Assembly: GCF_046119375.1 (NCBI RefSeq)
Contig: NW_027362773.1
Span: forward strand, 93,310,001-93,374,000
Reading direction: 5' to 3'
Source: Phyllobates terribilis
Taxonomy: Eukaryota
Length of the DNA: 64,000 nucleotides
Part shown: piece after piece, positions 40,561 to 64,000 of the stretch
How positions within the stretch are numbered: the first letter of the stretch is position 1
Layout: each line of letters starts with the position of its first letter
Position numbers and translations under genes: made by a program
Notes under the pieces: model-generated
What the model saw: the letters and a program-made list of their open reading frames with translations, nothing else
Told to the model about the DNA's origin: nothing
Database searches by the model: none

Positions 40561-42915
40561 GCCACTTTGAACTACATTGTCTCCAACAAGACACCAGTAA
40601 GGATGGATTCTGTAGATCAGGGCTCCATAAGATGCCTCACCTGTTTGTCCTGCACACCAGGTGAGCGTTTTGGCGCAATAACATCACATTGAGCCCTCTG
40701 TGTCCGTTTGCTCTGTGTGTAAGGGAAAAGAGGGGTCACATGCTAGGCTTAGATGAGTATAAACTTAATTTGTACTGGCACAATGATGGCATTATTACTT
40801 TATAACGGGCACTCATGGGTGCATTATTACTAAGTTAGGGGGTGCATTACTTGCCTTGACCCAGATGTTGGCGAGCCACGCCACGTCACTGGTCCATTAA
40901 GTTCACATGATCTTCTAACTTTCAGCACTATGGCCAAACAAACACTTTTTAGATCAATCTTGACTGATTCTGACGATTTTATCAGGACCAGCCAGCCATC
41001 CAATGTGTTTAGGATGTCCAGAGTCTCCTCCGATAACAGGCAGGAGCAGTATCTGTTGCTTTCTGCTTCACTTGCCCATCTGCAGTCCTGTCCCATGCAC
41101 TGGTCATTTCCGCTGCTTCATCACCTCCTGTCCGAGCTACTCACTGTGACCTACGACTTAAAGAATCCATCTCACCAGGAGAGCTTAAAACAGGGGTAAT
41201 GGATTAGGCAATATGATTTAAGCTCCGCACCTGCAGTGCTCAACTCGAATAGTGGAGTCGGATAAAGTTTGTGTGTAGCAGCAGCACTAAAGGGAATGCA
41301 AGGTCACAGGAGCCGGTCCACACCGCTACGAAGGAAAAAAGGCGTATTGGACAGGTAGCACGGAAATATAGTGGTAAAATGGCAAAAAAGTGGGCTTTGA
41401 GGCTAAAGGAGAAGGGTGCACTAAAACTAGAGGAGACCAGGAGGTGGGCTGCACAATGTAAAGAAGGCTGGGTAGCAGGAAACCCCAAAGACAGAATTGG
41501 TGGAAATAGTGTCATTAGTCAGAGACCAGACAGCCTGGGGCAGTGGAGTTATCTGTAGAAAGGGGGCTGGAAGCATACACAGAGGGTTATACTTCCCTGT
41601 AGATCCTCTTCAGTTCGACTCCAACAGGATCACTGTGGTGAGTGGGAGCACAGGTGGGGAGCAGACTCAAATGTTGGTAACCCTAAAGGACCCCAACAAA
41701 CATTAGATCGCCAATCGTTTCACTGAGAGCCATCTCACCCCAATCTTCCACACATGGGAACAGTCGGCCAAGAGTTCCAGTGTCCTCTATAAGAGAGCCT
41801 CTGTCGGCGGCTACTTTCCAGGAGAACAAAAGGATCGGCTGTTGATATTCAACAGGACAGATACTTCACTGCTCGACCTCATCTGTCAGGAAAGAGTCGA
41901 GAGACCTCGTACACAGACGGTTTGCCAATTCTGCAGATATCTGTGTTTGCCCAACTTTAGTCTGATGTGTATGGAGCCTCAAATAGAGGAGCGTTAGTGT
42001 CCCACTTGTCTTCTTTGAGGGTCTTTGCATCGTGATGGGGTCAACATCGTTACCCGTGCCCAATAATGGGAATAACCGGCAGACAGTGACGTTCCTGAAA
42101 AATAGCAGAACCCTGTAATAGCAGTGATGTCTGCCTCCTACAAACCAGAAGGTAAAACTGGTTAGCATAGTGACTGAAGGAAGGACACAGCCGTGGCAGG
42201 AGATAACATTTTTGCTTTTTTGTCAGCCAGCTATTCTGTAGTCGCCTCCCTCCCCGATAATACAAGCAAGAAATAATTTTAAGTTGTTTTTATTGAGTTA
42301 AAAAACATATATATATATTGAAACATTCCTAAATTCACAGCATTACGGTCTTGAAAGAACAGAACATCTTGTACTAACAAGAACAGTTTCAAAAGGAGTT
42401 GAACAAAAAAGTTCAATTGAACCAGGGTCCTGAAAATCTTTTTGCTTAACTCTAGCTTCAAATAAAAAGTATCAACGCAAACTTTTCCAATAGAATATTC
42501 TCAGATAAATAGTGCAATCCGTACATTATATGCATAGCATAGATAGAGGAAGAGAAAGTCAGGGGATCATGTTAAAGACACAACTGGAAAGGAGAAGAGG
42601 CATAACTAAGAATCATGTCCCTCGTAACTATGTGTCATCTTTGTGAAATGTCATTAAATGCAGCATGTAACATAGTATATAAAGAAAAAGTTTTATAAAC
42701 ATCATTTTTACATTCATTAAATTGTCAAATTGTGTAAACGTTTATATCATAATTATACAATGTTATGATAAGTTTTCATCATCTATAAGAGTGCTCTCCA
42801 TTGTGTTTAGGAACCCGTTCAGTGGTTCGGACGTAAGCCATGACGGGGTCACTGAACGGGATCCTAAAGGCAATGTGAAAGCACTCTAAGAATGAAACAA
42901 ATGAATTGAGCAAAT

Positions 42916-55988
<13,073 letters not shown>

Positions 55989-56145
55989 ACTGAAGGAAAG
56001 TCCCGTCAGAATGAGCCAATAGGAAACACAGCAGTCACAACTTCCGCTCCGCGCTTACGTCACTTCCGTATACACAATAACTCGTTCCCATGGTTACCGA
56101 AGACCACGCTGCGTCCGCCATGTTGGATACGGGCAGGTTTCCCTC
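55989..56145 (-). promoter_or_regulatory. Duplicated tsg101-type promoter of the paralog
   Basis: ACTTCCGCTCC..GCGCTTACGTCACTTCC, GTTCCCATGGTTAC and CCGCCATGTTGGATA are colinear with 38254-38345; CCAAT at ~56017. Confidence 0.7.
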
Positions 56146-56689
56146 AATCAGGCGAGATTTTTTTAAGCTTCCTAGAATTATAAATAATCAGCAAACGCCA
56201 ATGTGCAGCTCCCTGTTCACACTGCAGTTGAAAAAACGCTATTTTTTCTATTATCTGTTTCCCAGAGTTGTCGCAGTGTCATTTTTCAGTTGCTTGTTGT
56301 TTTTTTTCAGGAGTAGTTGCTGTATTTGTCACACAGTCTTGGGATACATGAGGTTTTTTATGTGTTTTTACTAATTTTTTTTAAAGGGAGCCAAAAAGCA
56401 ATTCTGGCATTTATTCCAGTTATTTTATAGGTTATATAATGTAAATTTTTTTTTACAGGGGGGCGGGGGTCCCTGTAGATGTAGTTATACCAATTATGTG
56501 GGTTTAATTTTTTTTCTTGCATAGTAAAGAAGTGGGTAAGGAGGAAAATGGGATTTTTTCTATATATGTTTAGTCCCACAACTAGTGTATACAGTGTATT
56601 ATAATGTTGATAGGCATCAAATTAGACCCAGGCTCTGGGTGCCATGGCAACGCATCGGCGACCCCCATGATCGAGTCATCTGTTCAATA

Positions 56690-57156
56690 ACTAAAGGCCC
56701 CGTCACACTTAGCGATGCTACAGCGATCCTGACAACGATACGACCCAGCAGGGATCGTTGCTGGGTCGTTATGTGGTCGCTGGTGAGATGTCAAACAGTC
56801 AGATCTTCCCAACGACGCAGCAGCGATGCGGCGACCCGTAGCGACCTGTATAACGATGTCGGCGGTCGTTGGGACCCTGTCACATAGCAGCTACTCTGAC
56901 GATTCAGACCTCGATGAGGGACGACTTCTCAGTTCTGAGTCGCCAACGAGGTCGTTGGTAAGGTGTCAAACACACCGATGCATGCTACCCAGCGGGAACT
57001 CAACGATCAAAAAAGGGTCCAGGCCATTTCGAGACGGTCACAGCAGGAGCCTGGTTGCTGCTACGTGTCACACGGAGCGAGATCGCTGCTGAGGTCGCTG
57101 TTGTGTCACAAAACTTGTGACTCAGCAGCGATCTCGTTTAGTGTGACGGGGGCTTA
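56690..57156. mobile_element. Palindromic TTAA-type MITE
   Basis: Ends TAAAGGCCCCGTCACACTTAGCGAT / TTTAGTGTGACGGGGGCTTAA. Confidence 0.75.
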
Positions 57157-57192
57157 AGATGCTGCTGTCGCTATTGGCCGTGGCATCTAAAG

Positions 57193-57777
57193 CAGACGTC
57201 AAACTCTGGCCCGCAGGGTGGTTGTATTTGGCCCATGATACCAGAACCACCACCCCTATGTCGGGCCATTATTCTGTATGGAGCACTATGTGGGGCCCGT
57301 TATACTGTATGGAGCCCTATGTGGGGCCATTATTCTGTATGGAGCACTATGTGGGGCCCATTATTCTGTATGGAGGACTATGTGGGGCCCATTATACTGT
57401 ATGGAGAACTATGTGGGGCCCATTATTCTGTATGGAGGACTATGTGGGGCCCATTATTCTGTATGAAGGACTATGTGGGGCCCATTATACTTTATGGAGG
57501 ACTTTGTGGGGCACATTATTCTGTATGGAGGACTATGTGGGGCCCATTATTCTGTATGGAGGACTATGTGGGGCCCATTATATTGTATGGAGGACTATGT
57601 GGGGCACATTATTCTGTATGGAGGACTATGTGGGGCCCATTATTCTGTATGGAGGACTATGTGCGGCCATTATTCTATATGGAGGACTATGTGGGGCTCA
57701 TTATACTATATACTGGTTGGCCTGAGACTCCAAGTTTTTCATTTTGGCCCTCTGTGTGTTTGAGTTTCACATCCCTG
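57193..57777. mobile_element. hAT-type MITE carrying a 31-bp minisatellite
   Basis: Perfect 8-bp TSD ATCTAAAG (57185-57192, 57778-57785); imperfect TIRs; about 14 units of CATTATTCTGTATGGAGGACTATGTGGGGCC inside. Confidence 0.85.
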
Positions 57778-59330
57778 ATCTAAAGTCTTAAGCTGAAAGG
57801 ATGGGGGAGAACCTTGATCCCTGCAATCTCAGCTGATTGCACAGGTACAGAATCACGACATGCATATACATGAGAGAGGCACATCCCCTTGCACTCCTGT
57901 CAGCAGACGGGTAATAAATGTGGGCTCCGCTCCACTTTAACATTGATCACCTATCCAGAATAGCCTTTTTAGTCAAACTGGTTCTCTAGTGCTACACACT
58001 TTTGCATCCATAGATGGCGGCCTGGAAGACAATACATGCTGATCATGCATGCACCATCAACAGGAAAATAAATATATGTATGATCGCTGGGGGTTAAACG
58101 GTAAAGATCCCCTCCAAACCTGACAACAGGGGTCCCAAAGACTGAAGCTCTGCTGAATGTGAACAATCAATGCTCCATTGAACTGGCAGAGAGCTGTATT
58201 GGCAGTCCCATAGAAGTGAATGGAGTGCAGCCTGAACATGCTCACTACAGTTTCACTCTCTCAGTGCATTTGGAGACTCCCAGTTCTCATTTTTGTGGAG
58301 GAACCAGCCAACTGCAATCATACAGTTATCCCCTAGTTTGTGTTTTAAGCACAAGTGTCTAAGGATTCCCATAACTTCCGGTTCCTCATATTTCGGTGAA
58401 ATAGACCGGCCGTCTCATGCAAAAATTGCTTTTGTCATTGGCTGCAGCGGTCATAGTCAGATCATTTTACTGAGTTGTGTAATTAATGACTTATATGGTT
58501 AATTTAGGTTTTTCTATCTGTTAGTTTATGTCCCATTGGGGACTTTTTGCTGTGGACCTCCTGGAAATCTTGCATTGCAAACGTCAAAATTCGCTGAGAT
58601 CCACAACAGAAAATGACAGGCTGCAGCGTTTTGTGAAATCTTATTCTCAACCTAGCTCTTGTCATATGTAATTTTCTGCACGTGATTCCACAGTGGAAAA
58701 TTTGCTGACATTATTGACATTCAGAAGCAGAAATTGCCTGGAAAATCTAGTCCTGCTCACACAGCTGGTGAACATTGTACAGTGTTTTAGTCTGAAAAAG
58801 AACTAACCATAGAAACCTGCAAATGAGAGACAACAGAGAACGATCCTAAGACCGCCACAGTCTGCCAGGACATGATTAAAGGGGCTCAGTCAGGACAGAG
58901 AGGCGCGTCTATCACCATTCATTATTATGGTGCACATGCAACAACCTTTGATGTCACTGCGGCACACATCAGAATGGGGGATCAGAGGACCCCTTTTCTA
59001 AATCTTTTCATGGAAATGGCCTGATCCCTGATTATTGGCTTGTGCAATAGGGCTATAGACTCAAAGCACGATACATCAGAGTCCTACATTTAGTACATAA
59101 AGAGTTTAAAACTTGCAGCGTAAATGTTACGTGTATCAACAGGCCAGATGACTGTGTTTTTGGCCAGTATCAGTGTATGGGTATAGGACCGTATACCTCC
59201 TGGAATAACTCCCATTCACTGCCAGCAAGCACATAATACATGGACATGAACAATCCCTTGTTGGAGGTTGAAATCCTACAGGTCACTATCGACCCTTTAA
59301 CGAGTTTTGCAATATGACTTAGGATAAAAG

Positions 59331-59410
59331 CCAAATCAGAATCTCAATTTGCAGATACGGTGTTTCGGGGTGTTGCCCCTCATCAGTGCAAAGTATGAGA
59401 ATTGATTTGG
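59331..59410 (-). ncRNA. Type I hammerhead ribozyme (retrozyme / Penelope-like element-derived)
   Basis: Minus strand: CCAAAUCAAUUCUCAUACUUUGCA-CUGAUGA-GGGG(CAACA)CCCC-GAAA-CACCGUAUC^UGCAAAUUGAGAUUCUGAUUUGG. Complete catalytic core; stem I extended by 6+5+8 bp helices; short stem III with one C-A mismatch. Confidence 0.85.
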
Positions 59411-60911
59411 CTAGGTGAGAGGCTCTGGACTGGGGTCTAAGGGGTAACGTTTCCCCTTGTCACTCTCCACAAGGAGAAACGTTACCCCTTAGTCCTTGTT
59501 GTAGGTTGTCACTCATTTACTTCAGTGTACAATAGATCAGAGGGGGGGGGAATGTGAATGATTATACTCGGCACACAACCTGCACAGCTAGAAAATATAT
59601 TTTATTCTTTTTCCAAATGATTCCATTCACTGAATGAAATAATTTTCCACCTTGTACATGATTAACGGCTTATAAGTCCACAAATATAAAAATGTGTATA
59701 GGGATTCAGTGCTATCAGTATACAAAATGAGAAAAGAGTTCAACCTTTGTAAGGTAAAAATGCGTCAGATAATAAGTGTTAACGCAACTGCAGCAATGTA
59801 TCGTGTGTGTTTCTACATATATTTTTACAAAGTAAGACAGGACTATGTAGTGGTTCCCATTTGCAGCCCTGCAACTAATGCTGATCCAGTCCTCTAATAT
59901 CTAAAAACATCTGCTTGCTGTCATTGAATTTTTTTTTTGTTTTATTACATCCAAAGAAATGATAATTGAGCGTACATCAACCTCATCAGGCTAATTCACG
60001 AGAAAGAGTGCAACTAATCTAAGTAAAGTAAGCCAACTAATAGATGGCGTAAAAGGAAGACTAGACCAGCTATGGATGGACCATAGTGAGCTACATTGAC
60101 AACTTTAGTACATTTTAACGTTTTTGCCCTGGATTCATTAAGACTGTTGTCTTTGCATGCCAGTCTTAAAGAAAGATGCGCCAAATTAATTAAAAAGGGG
60201 TGTGCACCTCTTAAGAAATTTGATGTATTTTACAATGTACATGTGCCTTCTCCCAAAAATATTGCACATTTCTGGTGTAAATTATAATGAATTTATGTCT
60301 TACAGAACTGGCTTAAAAAAAATCACTACATTTTTGCACAATTTCTGGGAATTTTACAGCAGAATTCTGGCAAAACTCCTCAATGAATCAGGGTCTAATG
60401 TCTCCAAAGTTTACACTGTCTGAAAGTTAGACGGCTTTATTAAAGCACCACTCCAGAGGTGCAATAAAAAAACAAAACACTGGAGTGGTGCTTTAAATCT
60501 TCCGCATTGAATTAGACCCATTGGGATGTAGTGAGCAGGATCCTGCCGCTTACCAAGGTGCAGCAGAAGTCGTCATCCACCTCCAGCCTCATTGTCCATA
60601 TAAAAGCAAGAGTATTTAGTTCCCTCAAGAAGGACAAAAAGAAAATCAGAATATAAAAGGCTTGATGCAGGACGCACCAGTCACACACAGCCGCTGCAGT
60701 AGATGTTCTGGGGGTCGTCAGAAGGTGCCCACCCAATGCAATGGCATCCAGTGACTTAGTGCCGTCATGGCTGCTGATGGTGTGTGCCACACTGGAAATG
60801 TGAAATATAATAGATTAACCCCGTCCCTTGTTCATGAGCTAAGATCGTATCAGAAAGCGACTCTGCACTGCAGAGATTACAGGCGTCATGGAGTCCGGCT
60901 CCAGGTGCGGC

Positions 60912-61079
60912 TCACAGGTTCAGCTGCCGCTGCAGGTCGTAGATGGAGGCGGCACTTTTGTGCAAAGTGTCAGATACATGATCTTGATGTTGTAGGATCT
61001 GGGGGGTCCCGAGCACCCCGCTGTCTCCCAGAACACAGGGAACGCTCAGAAACACGTCATTCTGAATATTGAAGAATCC
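60912..61079 (-). CDS. uevld: Last coding exon of UEV and lactate/malate dehydrogenase domain protein
   Basis: Acceptor CCTCAG|, translation GFFNIQNDVFLSVPCVLGDSGV...SAASIYDLQRQLNL*, resembling the human UEVLD C-terminus (...SASSIHSLQQQLKL); syntenic position and strand are as expected. Upstream exons lie beyond the window. Confidence 0.9.
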   Translation of the reverse strand, partial: GFFNIQNDVFLSVPCVLGDSGVLGTPQILQHQDHVSDTLHKSAASIYDLQRQLNL

Positions 61080-61420
61080 CTGAGGACAGAACACAAAATA
61101 CAGGAGTTTACAGCAGCGAGCCTATGTGATGTGTGTACAGTACGTCGTAAGTATTCTGTCTATGGTATAGCAGGTGTTGTATTATAAAAAAGTCTGAAAC
61201 TTTATGATATAATTTGTGTTTTAATTTCTTGCCAATCCATGATCTCTGCTTGGTGTCAGTGAATGGAAAAAGCTGAAAACTTGTCTGGTTCACAAAATGT
61301 CAGGAAAAGCTGCAATGTGTGAACAAGGCCTAAGCATCAGATTGCACTCTCAGAATGAATCTTGCACTTATGTGAAACTGGATCAGGACGTGTAGTTAGC
61401 ATCTGAATTCCCATTCACTG

Positions 61421-61764
61421 GGCAGCACGGTGGCTCAGTGGTTAGCACTGTACAGAGGGCAGCACGGTGGCTCAGTGGTTAGCACTGTACAGAGGGCAGC
61501 ATGGTGGCTCAGTGGTTAGCACTGCAGCCTTGCAGCGCAGGGGTCCTGGGTTCAAATCCCACCAAGGACAACATCTGCAAGGAGTTTGTATGTTCTCCCT
61601 GTGGTTGCGTAGGTTTCCTCCAGGTTCTCCGGTTTCCTCCCACACTCCAAAGACATACTGATAGGGAATCTAGATTGTGAGCCCCAATGGGGACAGAGAT
61701 GATGATGTCTGTAAAGCACTGTGGAATATGTTGGCGCTATATAAAAATAAAGATTATTATTATT
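61421..61764 (+). mobile_element. tRNA-derived SINE with a triplicated 5' end
   Basis: 37-bp 5' unit with box A repeated at 61421, 61458 and 61495; box B GGTTCAAATCC; (ATT)n tail. Confidence 0.9.
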
Positions 61765-61996
61765 CACTGACAACATGGGGGGAGGGGGGATGGGGAGTGT
61801 TGAAGAAGACGACTGAATAATGGCTGACTAGTTTTCATCCTTTTTTTTTATCCAATATGTTTGAGCTACAAACAGACAATGTTTCTTAAAACTAGAAATC
61901 TGATAGGAAATATGAGGTTTATTCCCTGGTGAGCGATGACATTTTCAGATGGGAATGAGATTTAGCGAGGATGACACAGCTTAATATTTATGCTGC

Positions 61997-64000
61997 TGCA
62001 GACACGGTAGAGGGAGGGGGAGGCTCCTGCTGCAGACACGGTAGAGGGAGGGGAAGGCTCCTGCTGCAGACACGGTAGAGGGAGGGGGAGGCTCCTGCTG
62101 CAGACACGGTAGAGGGAGGGGAAGGCTCCTGCTGCAGACACGGTAGAGGGAAGGGAGGCTCCTGCTGCAGACACGGTAGAGGGAGGGGGAGGCTCCTGCT
62201 GCAGACACGGTAGAGGGAGGGGAAGGCTCCTGCTGCAGACACGGTAGAGGGAGGGGAGGCTCCTGCTGCAGACACGGTAGAGGGAGGGGGAGCTCCTGCT
62301 GCAGACACGGTAGAGGGAAGGGAAGGCTCCTGCTGCAGACACGGTAGAGGGAGGGGGAGGCTCCTGCTGCAGACAAGGTAGAGGGAGGGGGAGGCTCCTG
62401 CTGCAGACACGGTAGAGGGAAGGGAGGCTCCTGCTGCAGACACGGTAGAGGGAGGGGGAGGCTCCTGCTGCAGACACGGTAGAGAGAGGGGAAGGCTCCT
62501 GCTGCAGACACGGTAGAGAGAGGGGAAGGCTCCTGCTGCAGACACGGTAGAGGGAAGCGAGGCTCCTGCTGCAGACACGGTAGAGGGAGGGGAAGGCTCC
62601 TGCTGCAGACACGGTAGAGGGAGGGGGAGGCTCCTGCTGCAGACACGGTAGAGGGAGGGGGAGGCTCCTGCTGCAGACACGGTAGAGGGAAGGGAGGCTC
62701 TTGCTGCAGACACGGGAGGGGGAGGCTCCTGCTGCAGACACGGTAGAGGGAAGGGAGGCTCCTGCTGCAGACACGGTAGAGGGAGGGGGAGGCTCCTGCT
62801 GCAGACACGGTAGAGGGAGGGGGAGGCTCCTGCTGCAGACACGGTAGAGGGAAGGGAGGCTCCTGCTGCAGACACGGTAGAGGGAGGGGGAGGCTCCTGC
62901 TGCAGACACGGTAGAGGGAGGGGGAGGCTCCTGCTGCAGACACGGTAGAGGGAGGGGAAGGCTCCTGCTGCAGACACGGTAGAGGGAGGGGGAGGCTCCT
63001 GCTGCAGACACGGTAGAGGGAGGGGGAGGCTCCTGCTGCAGAGACGGTAGAGGGAAGGGAGGCTACTGCTGCAGACACGGTAGAGGGAGGGGGAGGCTCC
63101 TGCTGCAGACACGGTAGAGGGAGGGGAAGGCTCCTGCTGCAGACACGGTAGAGGGAAGGGAGGCTCCTGCTGCAGACACGGTAGAGGGGGAGGCTCCTGC
63201 TGCAGACTAGGTAGAGGGGGAGGCTCCTGCTGCAGACACGGTAGAGGGAGGGGGAGGCTCCTGCTGCAGACACGGTAGAGGGAAGGGGAGGCTACTGCTG
63301 CAGACACGGTAAAGGGGGAGGCTCCTGCTGCAGACATGGTAAAGGGGGATGCTCCTGCTGCAGACATAGTAGAGGGGGAGGCTCCTGCTGCAGACACGGT
63401 AGAGGGAGGGGGAGGCTCCGGCTGCAGACACGGTAGAGGGAGGGGAAGGCTCCTGCTGCAGACACGGTAGAGGGAAGGGAGGCTCCTGCTGCAGACACGG
63501 TAGACGGGGAGGCTCCTGCTGCAGACACGGTAGAGGGAGGGGGAGGCTCCTGCTGCAGACACTGTAGAGGGAGGGGGAGGCTCCTGCTGCAGACACGGTA
63601 GAGGGAAGGGAGGCTCCTGCTGCAGACACGGTAGAGGGAAGGGAGGCTCCTGCTGCAGACACGGTAGGAGGGAGGGGGAGGCTCCTGTTGCAGACATGGT
63701 AGAGGGAGGGGGGAGGCTCCTGCTGCAGACACGGTAGAGGGAGAGGAAGGCTCCTGCTGCAGACACGGTAGAGGGAAGGGAGGCTCTTGCTGCAGACACG
63801 GGAGGGGGAGGCTCCTGCTGCAGACACGGTAGAGGGGGAGGCTCCTGCTGCAGACACGGTAGAGGGGGAGGCTCCTGCTGCAGACACGGTAAAGGGGGAG
63901 GCTCCTGCTGCAGACACGTTAAAGGGGGAGGCTCCTGCTGCAGACACGTTAAAGGGGGAGGCTCCTGCTGCAGACACGGTAGAGGGAGGGGGAGGCTCCT
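61997..64000. repeat. ~34-bp purine-rich minisatellite (GCTCCTGCTGCAGACACGGTAGAGGGAGGGGGAG) in the last uevld intron
   Basis: About 60 units of 29-35 bp, running off the window end. The long ORFs here are repeat artefacts. Confidence 0.97.

Noticed and set aside
40775-42250. Possible decayed coding or transposase sequence between the two tsg101 genes
   Set aside because: I could not establish TIRs, a TSD, a splice-consistent frame or a convincing motif; this needs a translated HMM search.
61962-63977. Long minus-strand ORFs (up to 603 aa)
   Set aside because: Artefacts of the ~34-bp tandem repeat.

Overview
Vertebrate genomic DNA, most likely an anuran frog judging by its repeat families and proteins (inference). 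It covers the conserved ldha(+) / tsg101(-) / uevld(-) syntenic block. Contents in order: (1) a very young 4.96-kb LTR element (3211-8171) with apparently identical 1202-bp LTRs, a 4-bp TSD, a tRNA-Ser PBS and a PPT. It has no recognisable gag/pol and carries one long intact ORF ending in a Y-box-like cold-shock domain. (2) Two solo LTRs. (3) A complete ldha gene (332 aa). (4) A complete tsg101 gene (391 aa). (5) A second, tandemly duplicated tsg101-like gene that keeps the promoter and exons 1-5 (the UEV domain, apparently under purifying selection) but lacks the Pro-rich, coiled-coil and steadiness-box exons and appears to end in new exons. (6) A type I hammerhead ribozyme between uevld and that paralog. 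(7) The last coding exon of uevld. The rest is Tc1, hAT and TTAA-type DNA transposons and MITEs, LINE/SINE fragments, several minisatellites and one 160-N gap. The two strongest candidates for new biology are the UEV-only TSG101 paralog and the cold-shock-domain LTR element. All coordinates and alignments were done by eye; no database searches were run.
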